A stretch of 64,000 nt of DNA from Cetorhinus maximus. Its lineage: Eukaryota. The stretch lies in assembly GCF_964194155.1 (NCBI RefSeq), contig NW_027597787.1:1-64000 (forward strand), given 5' to 3'. Under the pieces are notes generated by a model, which saw only the letters and a program-made list of their open reading frames with translations, was not told the DNA's origin and made no database searches. This document shows, one piece after another, positions 37,088 to 50,056 of the stretch; positions within the stretch are counted from its first letter, which is position 1; the number at the start of each line of letters is the position of its first letter. The translations under genes and the position numbers were made by a program.

Positions 37088-38209
37088 ATGGAAGGAAAAA
37101 GCACCGTTCACAGTGGGGAGAAACCGTACACGTGTTCTGTGTGTGGACGAGGCTTCAACCGATCATCTAATCTGTTGAAACATAAATGCAGTCACAACAG
37201 GGAGAAACTGTGGAAATGTGGGGACTGTGGGAAGGGATTTAATTACCCATCAGAGCTGGAAAATCATCAACGAATTCACACTGGGGAGAGGCCATTCACC
37301 TGCCCTGAGTGTAGGAAGAGATTTACTTGTTCGTCCAGCCTGCTGAAACATCGGCGAGTTCACACTGGGGAGAGGCCGTTCACCTGCTCCGAGTGTGGGA
37401 AGGGATTTGCTCGGTCATCCACCCTGCTGACACACCAGCGAGTTCACACTGACGAGAGACCTTTCAAATGCCCAGACTGCGGGAAGTGCTTTAAAAGTCC
37501 CCGGGAACTGACTGCCCATCAACGTGTTCACACTGATGAGAGGCCATTCAGGTGCTCGCACTGTGGGACTGGGTTCAAGACATTATTTCACCTCACTGTT
37601 CACCAGCGAATTCACACTGGGGAGAGCCCATTCACCTGCTCCAAGTGTGGGAAGGGATTTGCTAACGCATCCACCCTGCTGAATCACCAGAGTGTTCACA
37701 CTGACGAGAGACCTTTCAAATGTCCAGACTGTGGGAAGTGCTTTAAAAGTTCCGGGGACCTGATGATCCATCAACGTGTTCACACCGATGAGAGACCGTT
37801 CAGGTGCTCTCACTGCGGGACTGGGTTCAGACAATCATCTCAACTCATTGTACACCAGCGAATTCACAATGGGGAGAGACCATTCACCTGCTCAGAGTGT
37901 GGGATGGGATTCACTCGCTTATCCATCCTGTTGACACACCAGCGCACGCACACTGGGGAGAGGCCATTCACCTGCTCTGAGTGTGGGAGGGGATTCACAA
38001 CCACATCCTCCCTGCTGAGACACCGGCGAGTTCACACTGGGGAGAGGCCATTCAGCTGCCCCGAGTGTGGGAGGGGATTCACAACCACATCCTCCCTGCT
38101 GAGACACCGGCAAGTTCACACTGGGGAGAGGCCATTCACTTGCCCCGAGTGTGGGAGGGGATTCATAACCTCATCCAAACTGCTGAAACATCAGCGAGTT
38201 CACAAGTGA
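37088..38209 (+). CDS. C2H2 zinc-finger protein (ZNF-4), 13 fingers; close paralog of ZNF-1
   Basis: ORF 37046-38209; ATG at 37088 (MEGKS); acceptor ttcacag at ~36978; AATAAA downstream. Confidence 0.9.
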   Translation: MEGKSTVHSGEKPYTCSVCGRGFNRSSNLLKHKCSHNREKLWKCGDCGKGFNYPSELENHQRIHTGERPFTCPECRKRFTCSSSLLKHRRVHTGERPFTCSECGKGFARSSTLLTHQRVHTDERPFKCPDCGKCFKSPRELTAHQRVHTDERPFRCSHCGTGFKTLFHLTVHQRIHTGESPFTCSKCGKGFANASTLLNHQSVHTDERPFKCPDCGKCFKSSGDLMIHQRVHTDERPFRCSHCGTGFRQSSQLIVHQRIHNGERPFTCSECGMGFTRLSILLTHQRTHTGERPFTCSECGRGFTTTSSLLRHRRVHTGERPFSCPECGRGFTTTSSLLRHRQVHTGERPFTCPECGRGFITSSKLLKHQRVHK

Positions 38210-38399
38210 TTGGGTTTTTCTGTTAATCACATCCAGGACTGAACTGTGCCCATTTGGTCTGTTTCTGCTGATGTTAATAAACTCCAGTCCAATTAATATT
38301 CTGGATAAAGTCAAATAAATCAGCTTTGTGTTAAACTTGCACCGTGTTGAGTCTTTTTAATATCTCTAACACAAATTAGTTCCTTTTGAAGTGCTCTCC

Positions 38400-40220
38400 C
38401 TCTCTGTCTCCTTCATCCACACCTCCAACAACAAGTGTGAGGAGCTCATGGAGCTTCTTTGTCACTAAGATTGAGACAATCCGATCAGCTGCTTCCCTCC
38501 TTCCACTGGCCCACCGGGCCAAACTCTTTCTAAAGCTTCCCCCCTGCCCCTTGCCCTGAATCTGTTTTTCTCCCGTTTCGCCCCTCTCCCACTTCTTGCC
38601 GTCTCAGAGCTCATCTTGTCAATGAGACCTGCCTTCTGCTGCCTTGACCCTATTCTCACGAAACTGCTGACCATCCATTTTCTCTATGTTAGCTGATATT
38701 GTTAACGGTTCTTTCTCATATCTGTCCCTCTTGCCTTAAAATCCACCACCATCACCCTCCTGAGAAGAAACAAACCTTTATCCCACCATCTTTACAAACT
38801 ACCACCCCATCTCCAAACTCCCTTTTCTCCACAAAGTCCTTGAACTTGGTGTCCCCCAAGGATCTATCCTTGGCCCCTCCTATTTCTCATCTACCCGCTG
38901 CCACTAGGTGACATCACCCAAAAGCACCGTGTTAGTTTTCACATGTACACTGACAATGCCCAGCTCTACCTCACCACCATCCCTCTCCATTCCTCCACTG
39001 TTACTAAATTATCAAACTGTTTATCTGACACCAAGTACTGAATGAGCAGGAATTATCTCCAATCAAAATTTGGGAAGACCAAAGCTATTGTCTTCAGTCA
39101 CCACTTTGAATTGTCAAGGAACTATCAGATTTTTTTCTGATATTATTGTGGGATATTGTGAAACAAGCTTATGGTTCTGTGTGTGTGTGGCTAATTTAAT
39201 TAACTAAAGACAATTAGACTGCAAGGTTTAAATTATCAAAGGAGTGAGGTGTAAAAGAAGCATTTGAAATGGGGATGAGTGAGCTGGAATGAGGTCTCAG
39301 TGGATAAGGTGTGAAGGTAATTTATATGTTTAGATAAAGAAGGAGTTGTTTGATTTTCAAAGGGATGGTGTAATGTTTACAACTGACAAGATAAGTCAGG
39401 CAAAGTGATTGCATTCGTTTTTCCCAGAAGTGCTGGCCATAATAACAACGTGAAAGATTTTTATATTCTGGGAAAAGTAACTTTGAAAGAGAAACAATGG
39501 GATTTACAAATCAAAAGGTATAAAATATATTTAAAGAAGGATGGAAGGTTGTGTGGGGTATGGCCATGTGAGAACTTGAAAGGTGCAACGTGTGAAACAG
39601 ACTTGGGGGGGGGGGGGGAAAGCCTCAAGCTACCCTCCAGAAGTTTGCTGTTCCAGTAACCAAGGTTGTGTTAAAAGCCGTTGGAATTTCACTGTCGAGT
39701 GGGTGCTAGTGGTAATAGTATTGAATGTGTTTATAAATTGGGAATCTATTTGGGCTGTTGCCTTAAAGGAAGTGTGTAGTTGGTAGTCTGGTTAAGTATG
39801 AATTTTGCGAAATGCTATAAGATTAAGTAACTGTGTAACCGTGATTTTGTGTGTGCGTGTTTAAGTTTTTTCTTATTTTTATTTTCTTAAGTTTTTATTA
39901 AAGTTAATAAATACTTTAAATTAATCTTTAAAATCTCTGAAGGTGGCTGTGGACTCATTACTTCTGACTTCAGTGCACAAGCCTCCTTGTAATAAATGCA
40001 AATAGAAAAATCATTGTGATAGTTTGGCCAAGTCTCCCTTGTGGATTTGATCAGCCTGGAAAATTCTGTTCCATAACGGCCGTGTGCATCCCTCTCCCTG
40101 GGAACTGTCTGAGGCTCAACCACACTGTTCACAATCCTGGTGTCAGATTTAACCCCAAGATAAGTTTCTGACCACATATCCGCACCATCACTAACACCAG
40201 ATATTCCACCCCACCCCAGC
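38400..40220 (+). mobile_element. L2-type LINE fragment split by a probable solo LTR (~39112-40078)
   Basis: GVPQGSILGPLLFLIY/YTDNAQLY-like RT remnants at 38846-38970, continuing at 40085; intervening ~1-kb AT-rich segment with AATAAA and an LTR-like end. Confidence 0.5.
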
Positions 40221-40224
40221 TCAT

Positions 40225-40421
40225 GTGGGACACTTGCCTTTATTAGCCGAGACACAGAATATAAGAGCAGGGAGGTTATGTTGGAGTGTATACAATGTGA
40301 GTTAGGCCACAGCTGGAGTGCTGTGTGCAATTCTGGTCACCAAACTATAGGAAGGATGTGATTGCACTGGAGAGGGTGCAGAGGGGATTCACCAGGATGT
40401 TGCCTGGGCTGGAGCGTTTCA
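40225..40421 (+). mobile_element. CR1 fragment fused to the ZNF-5 upstream module
   Basis: RPQLECCVQFWSPNYRKDVIALERVQRGFTRMLPGLE. Confidence 0.8.
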
Positions 40422-40724
40422 GCCAGACCTGACTTGATTTATGGGAGCTCAATATCATCAGCCTTTGAACTAGAAAGAGAAATGTTTGTTCTGTCTGCTT
40501 CAACAGATTTTAAACGTCACTGTGTCTGGAAAATCACCAAGAAGCTCGTGTACACACATGTGCGAGAGTTCCAATGCACTGACTGTGGAGAAAACTTTAA
40601 CCAGATACACAGACTGAAGAAACATTGCACCATTCACAGCCAGGAGAGACCGAACACGTGTACTGTTTGTGGATGAGGCTTCAGTTAAACATCTTACCTC
40701 AAGGAATGCAAGGACACCTGAACC

Positions 40725-41483
40725 ATGGAGAAACCATGCAAATGTGGGGAATGTGGGAAGGGATTCCGGTCCCCATCTGCACTGGAATCTCATCGCCGCA
40801 TTCACACTGGGGAGAGGCCGTTCACCTGCTCTGATTGTGGAAAGGGATTCACTCAGTTATCCCACCTGCAGATACACCAGCGACTTCACACCGGGGAGAG
40901 GCCGTTCACCTGCTCTGATTGTGGGAAGGGATTCACTAACTCTTCCAATCTGCGGACACACCAGCGAGTTCACACGGGGGAGAGACCGTTCACCTGCTCC
41001 ATATGTGGGAAAGGTTTCAGTGATTCATCCAGCTTGCTGATACACCAGCGAGTTCATACTGGGGACAAATCATTCAACTGCTCTGTATGTGGGAAGCAAT
41101 TCAGTCGATTATGCAACCTTCTGCGACACCAGCGAGCTCACACTGGGGAGAGGCCGTTCACCTGCTCTGAGTGTGGGAAGGGATTTGCTGATCCATCCAT
41201 CTTGCAGAAGCACCGGCGAGTTCACACTGGGGAGAGGCCATTCAGCTGCTCCATGTGTGGGAAGGGTTTCACTCAGTTAACCAACATGCTGACACACCAG
41301 CGAGTTCACACTGGGGAGCGGCCTTTCATCTGCTGTGAGTGTGGGAAGGGATTCAGTGATTCATCCACCCTACTGCGACACCAGGGTGTTCACACTGGGG
41401 AGAGGCCGTTCACCTGCTCCATGTGTGGGAAACGATTCACTCGGTCATCTCACCTGCTGAGACACCAGCGAGTTCACCAGTAA
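40725..41483 (+). CDS. C2H2 zinc-finger protein (ZNF-5), 9 fingers
   Basis: 252-aa ORF from accATGg; decayed fingers upstream at 40480-40720. Confidence 0.82.
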   Translation: MEKPCKCGECGKGFRSPSALESHRRIHTGERPFTCSDCGKGFTQLSHLQIHQRLHTGERPFTCSDCGKGFTNSSNLRTHQRVHTGERPFTCSICGKGFSDSSSLLIHQRVHTGDKSFNCSVCGKQFSRLCNLLRHQRAHTGERPFTCSECGKGFADPSILQKHRRVHTGERPFSCSMCGKGFTQLTNMLTHQRVHTGERPFICCECGKGFSDSSTLLRHQGVHTGERPFTCSMCGKRFTRSSHLLRHQRVHQ

Positions 41484-41689
41484 TTACAGGGGTTGGATTC
41501 TGCTGTGATTGCTGCTGTCAATCACATTCAAGACTGAACCATGTTCATTCTGACAGTTGGTGAAGTGGGAGGGTCAAAGGGTTTCTTTCTGCTGTACTGG
41601 CCAGTCTTACAACTTTGTTTCCAGTGGTCTGGAAGTGCACATTTCCACTGAAATGTTCCACAGAAGCTGATGAAGGTCATTTATTGCTG

Positions 41690-41925
41690 CAAAAAGAGAC
41701 ATGCTCTTGAAGTTTTCATATTGCACTTATCAGGACAAACACAAGAACACCAAATTTCAAAGGGAGCAACTATTTATACTATGTGAGAAAAGGGTGCTGA
41801 TTAGTTGGCAAGTCAGTTGCGACTGGTCAAGTCGTTGCCATGGAGAATTCACCAGAAAGCTCGTGACCTCAGCATTTAGTTGGATTCAAAAATGTTGCAA
41901 TGCCTGGACATGTCCATTTTGGCTT
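41690..41925 (-). repeat. Second Penelope-type terminal repeat family, degenerate hammerhead
   Basis: Homologous to 48448-48790; minus TGTC-CTGATAA-GTGCAATAT-GAAA-ACT-TC. Confidence 0.5.
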
Positions 41926-43913
41926 CAGAGTATCAGAGCTTTATGATGGTCCAATGTCACTTCCCTGCTTTTTTACTCAATGACCTGGATTTTCAGAGTC
42001 AGAAAGACTCACCTACCTTCAAAAATTGTGGGTGGGACCCGGATGCGGAAGTCCCACTCCCATTTTTCACAGATCCAATTTTTGCCAGTAGGGGACAGGG
42101 GCAGGGCTTGATTCACACCCAAGTTGAACCTGAACTCAGCAGAGCCATCTGAACTCAGCACTGAGTTCAAACAGGCACCATTTTGCCTTCTGCAAGGGAG
42201 TTAACTCATAGTGTGAAAGTCACGACTTTATGGAGTAGACGTAAAGACTCTTGTTGGGTGGATAGGGTCTGTTTAACTGTCATGATTGAAAGTCTTTTTT
42301 AAAATCCCCTGCTCTCCTGACTTCGTCTGCAGCTGTCAGTGTAAGTGAAAAAGATAGTTGGCTGTACAATGTAGCATCAGTCCCAGCAGTTTCAGTAATT
42401 GCTGGCATTTCCCTAAGGGCTATTTATGAATGCTTGGCTGACTTCCAAAACCTACAGTCATCTCAGCAGCTGTTCTGAGTCCACACTTTGACAACTTAAA
42501 GAGACCATTAAGGGTTTAGCTGCCTTTGAAGTGGTATGGACAGAAGTATGTTGGTTTTTATATGAGATTAACCAAAAGTTTTGAATAAGGTTGCAAGAAT
42601 GGGAGTTTTGTTTAAAAATAGTGAAGGCTGTTTTAGATTTTTAGAACTTTATTTTAATTAATCTCAACCTGGCTCCTGGGGTCTGCCCATAGTGAATAAT
42701 GTGAGTTGGGATGTAGGGTAAAAGGGGCGATGGGGGATCCATGCCAGGGCAAGAGTTGGCATGAGCGGGCATGGAGTACATAAGGGCCTTGGGGTGGAAT
42801 GGGGGCTTGCAATTGGCTCACTTGCAATTAGTGAGGAGGAATTGTGTTGGGCTGCTGCCCCTGGTGGGTGGGCAATTATTCCAAATAATCATGTCTATTA
42901 ATTTATTTTTAAAACATTCTCTTGGCATGTGGGTGCCACTGGCGAGGACCAGAGATTCCAAAAGGTTACAATGCAACTGGGATAAAGTCCCAGAGATGGA
43001 GGCAGGCCTTTTAACCAGCCCACCTCAGTGCTCGGGCATCCTGTTAGCCGCCTAAGCTCCGATTCCAGTGGCACAGCAACCAACTCCATCCATAACCGCC
43101 CACCTCAAAGCACCACCCCCCTCCCCCCGCCCCCGAGTGAAGATCACAACATTTGGGAACCTTTAAATCGAGGCAGGTCCGGCAATTGGAAAATTTCCAG
43201 ATCCAAGCTACCCACCTCGGTACCCAAGATCCAACCCAAGCTCTCTATTTCTGAAGCTCAAGATCCCACATGCTTTGCTAATTCCTCTCTCACTGTGTCC
43301 TGCCACCTTCAAAGATCGCTGCACATGAACCCCCAGGTCCCTCTGTCTCTGCTCACTCTTTGGAACTGTGCCATGACATCTGTGTTGCCTCTACCTGTTC
43401 CTTCTGCCAAATTACATCACCTCAACTTTCCCTGTATTAAACTCCATCTGCCACTTCAGAGAATGTGAAGGGGAGATTGAAGTGTTAAACTAAACATACA
43501 GAGAAGAGGAGGCACTGATTGCTTTAATATGTCACCCACATTTGAAGATCCTTTAAATGCACATGAGGCTCATAGAGCACAGTAGGAGGCAATTGGAGGC
43601 TCTTTCCAATTAATCCCATTGCCCTGCAATTTTCTTTTTCTTTCAAGAATCTGTCCAGTTCCCTTTTGAACGATACAGTTGAATTTACTTCCAGTCAGTT
43701 TTGAGGCAGTGGATTCCAAATCGTAACAACTCGCTGTGTTTTTAAAACAAATAATTCCTCATCTTGTGTGTGGTGTATTTGGACTTTCAAAAAGCATTCG
43801 GAAAGCTGTCAACCAGGAGGTTCATACACAAAATGAGGTCTCAATCCTTATGAATGATCTAGATGAGGGACTGAGTGTAATGTGTCCAAATTTGCTGACA
43901 ATGAAACAAGGAT

Positions 43914-44120
43914 TTGCATTTCTATAGCGCCTTTCACAACCACAGGATGTTTCAAAGCCTTTTACAGCCACTTTTGAAATGTAGTCACTGTTGTAATGTA
44001 GGAAACTCGGCAGCCAATTTGCACACGGCAAGGTCCCACAAACAGAAATGTGATAATGACCCAAATGATATGTTTGTGGTTATGTTGACTGAAGGATAAA
44101 TGTTGGCCCAAGACACCAGG
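43914..44120 (-). mobile_element. SINE family 2 (L2-type tail aaggcgctatagaaatgca)
   Basis: Homologous to 49605-50056, 45050-45140 and 45750-45992. Confidence 0.65.
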
Positions 44121-44534
44121 GATCAAGGCCCGGGAGAGTGGGGTTCAGACAGTGCCAAACAGCAGGGCCTGGGATGTTATGGGTGGGGGAGGTGAGTAGG
44201 TGTGGTCTGGGCTCATTGTTTCAAACAGTTTTGCATCATCCTCACTGAGCAGCCAGAGCTACAAACCTGACAGACCAGCTTAAAAAACAGATCTGTCAGG
44301 CTGAGAGTTCTGATATTTTCGAAGCCAGTCTGTCAGTGTCAGGTCAATTTCACGAGTTGCTGCTGCTGCCTCGAACTTCAGGCAGCTTTGCAATTCCAAT
44401 TTTTTTGAAAAGCCTGCCAGGAAACCACAAAGCTGCCCGAAGGTGAGAAGCAGCAGCAGCAGAAACTGAGAGTTTTCCTGCTTGAGAAATAGTCAGTCAA
44501 ATCCCTGTAATTTTACAACCAATTGGATGCTGTT

Positions 44535-44885
44535 GTGGGTAGGGGGTGGGGGGGAGGGGTGGGTGGGAGGAAGGGGGGGCATGTTTAGAGGGGGTTGGGG
44601 GAAGTTTGGAGGGGGTTTGGGGGATGTGGGAGGGGGTTTGGGGGATGTGGGTAGGTTGGAGGGGTGGTTGGGGGTAGGTTTTGAAAGGGGTTGTGGGGAA
44701 GTTTGGGAGTTGGGGAAAGTTTGGAGGGGGGTTGAGGGGTAGGTCAAGGTTTGGAGGGAAGTTGGAGGGATTTGGGGAAGTTTGGAAGGGGTTGGGGGAA
44801 ATTTGGAGGGAGGTCAGGGAAGTTTGGTGGAGAAGGGGGGATGGTTGGAGGAGTTCAGGGGAGCTAGAGGGGTTTTGGGGGTAGA
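44535..44885 (+). repeat. G-rich degenerate minisatellite
   Basis: Repeated GGAGGGGGTTTGGGGGA-like units. Confidence 0.8.
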
Positions 44886-45749
44886 TTAGGTACAGATTTG
44901 AATTGTTTTTGTAAATGTAGCCACTTTGCTAACATCAGTTGATTGCTCGGTGATTAATTATCTTTAAATAATCAGCATTGGGCCTCCACTTTCACCATTG
45001 CTACTGTCACTCTGCCCACTGCATGCAGTTATAATGAAAGAAAGACAAAACCTACATTTATATAGCACCTTTCACAATGTCCTAAATCACTTTCCAGCCA
45101 ATTCAGCACTTTTGAGTTGTAGTCATTGGTGAAATGTAGAGAATGTTATCTAATGGCGGGGCAGGCTCATGGGGGCGAATGACCTACTCCTGCTCCTAAT
45201 ACATATGTGTGTATGGAGATAGGTGAGATGAACAGGACTCGATGGCCTTTGTCATCTATAATTATCTTGCGAACAGAGGGTGGAATCCTGGCTGGAGTTC
45301 TGTTTATTTTGTTGCTGGTGAAAGTTTACTGTGAGCAGGATTTGTGGGATGAGATCACCAGGACAGGAGTGCAGATTGAGCTCAGAGTGAATCAGTAACC
45401 TGTTTTACTGCACATAATTCACAAGAGTCTTTTCCATATACTTCAATCTTATCCTTTTGTCCAGTTACCTGTTATCCCACTCCATCTTGCTGTTTTTTTC
45501 TGAGTTTTTTGAGGTTAGAAATATCGTGATAAAGTTATGGGGCGTTGCAGATATTGAAAATATATTGTGGTGAGAAGCAGCAATCAGCAGAGTCTTCGGA
45601 CTTGCTGATGACCAAACAGATACAACTGTGAGCCATTCAGTCTTCGTTCTCTGGCCCCTTAAAAGTTCTGTTGCACGGAGAAGCCTGAGAGCCTGGAAAC
45701 AGGAAAAGCACCGGGGCCCAGGATTTCTCTCCCAGTCCCTGCTGGAGAT

Positions 45750-45992
45750 AACTCTTCTGCCCTTCTTCGAAATAGTGGCTGTGGGTTCTTCTTCGCCCAC
45801 CTGAGAGGGCAGACAGGGCCTTGGTGTATTGCTCGTCTGAAGGACAGCAGCTCTGACAGTGCAGCACTCTCTCAGTGCTGGCACCAGGAATGTCAATTTT
45901 GATTGTTGTTCTTGGGCCCCTGGATTGGGACTGGAACCAACAACCTTCTGACTCAGAAGTAAGAGTGAGATCCACTGAGCCACTGCTGACAC
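45750..45992 (-). mobile_element. SINE family 2, tRNA head and body
   Basis: Minus GTGTCAGCAGTGGCTCAGTGG...GAGTCAGAAGGTTGTTGGTTCCAGTCC. Confidence 0.65.
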
Positions 45993-46689
45993 GATAGACA
46001 ATACAGATTTAGAAAGGGAAAGTTACCCTTTAAAAGCCCCCACCCTTTGCCTCCAGCACCTAAATCTAATAATAAAAACCCTAGTATAAAAAACACATAC
46101 AGGACTGACAAATGTTACAGTGTTGGTTTAGAGCCAAAGTTTCGAGTTCCCATTTGAGTTCCTACGCCTTTCTGTCTCTCTATTGCGCATGTGAATGACA
46201 GCCAGGCGATGGAGCTGAAGGCTCAATGTAGCTGAGAATAACAGGGCTTGTGGCCCAGTTGGGAAACTGCCACTGACGCCGCACTAATAGAGACAGCAAG
46301 GTGCTGGAGGACTGACTGGGAAATGGGTCTCCAGCCAATCAGGGAGGGAGAGATGGTGATGTGACCTCCCCGGGGTTCAGTGCTCCTGTGTCCAAAGTGG
46401 GGAGTCATGAGGACAGGGTACAGAGGAGCCAAAAAGAAACTATTTGGATCGAGAACATTGTGCACATCCTTTTACTCTGGTTGTCTTTAATCCTCAAGTA
46501 ATTTTCTGTTTTTTTTAAACCATGTTCTGTGACATTAATAAATTTTATCAGTAAAAATATTTGATTTTGCTGGACTTTTGATTAGATTTATGCTCTTTAG
46601 GGAAAGTGGGTGAAAGGAAGTGGCAGGCTGTTTAACAGAAAGTGAATCCCTCTAAGGTAATTGGCAAAGGATCCAGAAGGTGAGATGAT

Positions 46690-46985
46690 GGTGGGGGAGT
46701 CCAGAACCAGGGGTCACAGTCTGAGGATATGGGGTAGACCATTTAGGACTGAGATGAGGAGAAATTTCTTCATCCAAAGAGTGGTGAGCCTGTGGAATTC
46801 GTTACCACAGAAAGTAGTTGAGACCAAAGCATTGTATGTTTTCAAGGAGTTAGATACAGCTCTTGGGGTGAAAGGGATCAAAGGTTATGGGGAGAAAGTG
46901 GGAGCAGGCTATTGAGTTGGATGATCAGCTATGATCATAATGAATGGCGGAGCCGAATGGCCTACTCCTGTTCCTAGTTTCTATG
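46690..46985 (+). mobile_element. CR1 3' end
   Basis: SRTRGHSLRIWGRPFRTEMRRNFF..RVVSLWNSLP. Confidence 0.85.
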
Positions 46986-48447
46986 TAAATTTTATTTTTT
47001 TCACACAGCGAGTTGTTCTGATCTGCCTGAAAGCAGATTCAATTATTTATTTCCAAGGTGTAAATATTTGAAAGGGAAGAATTTGCAGGGCTGTAGGGAA
47101 AGAGGAGAGCAGTTGGATGAATCAGAAATTCCTTTCAAAGAGATGGCACGGGCATGATGGGCCAAATGGATTCCTTCTGCAGCCTGTGAATCTGAGCTTC
47201 CTGTCTTTGTGCAGGTTAAAAGGTCAGATTTCATTTCAGCCTCATCCTGGTATATATATTTAAAGAGACAAGTTTCTCTTTAGTTCTGAGGGACCGACAT
47301 AACAATGTCTCCAATCCTCTGTATATTTAAACATTGAAGATTGCATGGCCAATTGTAGTCAACAGCCTTCCTGTAGCTCTCTCAGGAGGCAGCAAGAAAG
47401 CATTTGACTGCTTAACAACAGCAACCTCCGCTGAACATGATTAAACCACAACAACAAAAACAACCTGCATTTGTATAGCACCTTTAATCATGTGCTTCAC
47501 AGGTGCCATTACTAAACAAAATTTTACACCGAGCCACATAAAGAGATGACCAGTAGCTTGGTTTTAAGGAGTTTCCTAAAGAAGCACAAGAGATCAAGGG
47601 GCAGAGAGGTTTAAGGAGGGAATTCCAGAGCGTGGGACCCAGGCAGCTGAAGGCAAAGCCCCCAGTTGTTGTGCAATTGAAATTGGGGATATTGAAGAGG
47701 CCAGAATTAGTGGAGCACAGATATCTCAGAGGGTTTTAAGGATGGAGAAGATTACAGAGATGGGGAGAGGGGGATGTGAGACCACGTGGTGGTTTGAAAA
47801 AAAGGATGCTAGGGAGGGATTTGAAAAAAAAGAGAATTTTAAAATCGAGGCGTTGCTTGAGTGGGAGCCAGTGTTGGTCAGTGAGCACAGCGGGTGATAG
47901 GTGAACGGGACTGAGTGTGAGTTGGGAGACAGGCAGCAGAGTTTGTTGACTGAAGAAAACTGGTCCAGTTCTGGACATTTCCCATGACACTACTTATGTC
48001 TAAGATTGAGCTGACATCAAACCTTTCCATTGGGATTGCATAATCTGCTGATGTCATCGCATTCTATTGTGATGATGTCATAAGATTACATCAGCATTTT
48101 TCTGATTATATAATCAGCTGACACCAGACTATATACTTTATTGGGAGTGTGGGATTAGCTGATGCCTGTACAATCCTTTACCTTTACGCAGTAAGCAGAA
48201 ACGATCGTTTGTGTGATTTCATAAATAAAATTTTTAACTACATGTACATAACTTATTTTTGAATCCGGAAATGGTCCGGATCGTGAACATTTACCACTAA
48301 AATTAACCAATTTGCTAGCGCAAGCGTATGTGACTTTTCAGCCAATTTGTTGTTCTTGTTTACAATAAATTGTTGGGGAGAAAAAAATGTTATTTCAACC
48401 AATCTCCCAATGTTATCAAATCCTTTTAAACATTTGAATATTGCTGA

Positions 48448-48790
48448 AAAAAGAGACATGCTGTCAAAGCTTTTCTTCTTGCACTCATTAGGATAGTTGC
48501 AAGAATACCAAATGTCAAAGTGAACAACAGTTTATACTGTCTGAGAAACAGGGTGCTGATTGGTTGTCAAATGGACCCTGGCTGGTTGAGGCATTGCCAT
48601 GTAGAATGCACCAGGGAACAGTTACCCAAAGCTTTTGTTCAAATTCAGAAATGGCAAGTCGACTCTGATTGGTTGAGATGCTGCCATGGGGAATGCATCA
48701 GGGAACAATTGTCCCCCAAGCTCCTGTTTAATTAAAAAGGCAAAATGCTTGGACAAATTCCTTTTGTGTGCAGAAAACAGGGCCCAGTAT
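48448..48790 (-). repeat. Second Penelope-type terminal repeat family
   Basis: Minus TATC-CTAATGA-GTGCAAGAA-GAAA-AGCT-TT-GACA; internal ~70-bp tandem duplication. Confidence 0.5.
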
Positions 48791-49604
48791 TTGAATATGA
48801 AAAATCCAGTGCCTGGATCCAGTTTGCACGTTCACTACATCTAATCATTTCTTCCTTTGACCATACTCTATTTGTGTACCACGTTTTGTTCAAATCCATC
48901 CATTAGTTTTTAAGATATATTGTTACAGACAGACAGACAAACAAACAGGGATGAAAACATTCTCTGTAAGGACAAAGCTGAAAAAAATAAACGTTTTTAT
49001 TAAGACCAAGGAAGCCTTAGGCTAATCCACAGCTAACAACCTGCTCTGAAAACTCTGCTGATATTTTGACAGCTGTGATAAATTCCACCCCAGCAGCGGA
49101 GACAATCCACAACATTCCAAAGCAATCGCCATTCGAAATAAAACAAACCACAACAATTGAAAAGAAAAAGTCAATTCTCCTGATCTCCCAATGTGAACGG
49201 ATCGTTCAAAAAAATTCCAGGATCTGGAACTGCACCAAAGATAGGACAGTTCTTGCATGGTCGGTGGACCAAGTTTCGGTAATTCCATCCATTAATTTGT
49301 GAGATCAATTGTTTACAGACAAACATCTTCAATGGCAGAGATACTTTCAGTACATTGACCAGCCCCAAAATCTATTCTCTGCCAGCATTTCACAGGGGGA
49401 AAGGGGTGGATTCTCAGACGAGCAAGATAAGGCATCCCCTTTAAATAGCCAGTTCCCACAGTTTATTCAGTGGCCTTTGGACGGAAGCAGATTGGTCGAC
49501 ACTGGGAGTTCTTGCACTGCCCCTCCCCCCCACCCTCAGGTCAGCTGGCTCCTGCTCCTGCTGGACAATCTGCCGGTAAGAATAGGAGCGTGTTGATTTA
49601 AAAA

Positions 49605-50056
49605 TAAACTTGCATTTATATAGCACCTTCCACCACCTCAGGGAGTCTCAAAGTGTTCCACTGCCAATGAAACACTTTCTGAAATGTGGTCACAATGTAG
49701 GAAACGTGGCAACCAATTTGTGCACAGCAAGCTCCCACAGACGGCAATGGCCAGAGTGTCTGTTTTCACTGATGCTGATTGAGGGAAAAATATCAGGCAC
49801 CAGGACACCAGGGGAGATCTCCTCCCCCTCCTGCTCTCCTTCCAATTGTGGCCATTAAATCTTTTACATACACCTGAGAGGGCAGACGGGGCTCTCGGGT
49901 TAATGTCTCACTGGAAAGACGGTCCCTCCGACAGGACAGCTGTCCCTCATAATTGGCACCGGAGGTGTCAGCCGTGGATTCTGGGGGCTTGAGTCTCTGG
50001 GTTGAGGATTCGAATGCAGCACCTCCTGAGTTAGAGGTAAGAGTGCGACCCACTGT
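49605..50056 (-). mobile_element. SINE family 2, near full length
   Basis: tRNA-like head near 50056 and L2-like tail at 49605. Confidence 0.65.

Noticed and set aside
44482-44884. Gly-rich and Pro-rich ORFs
   Set aside because: Low-complexity G-rich repeat.
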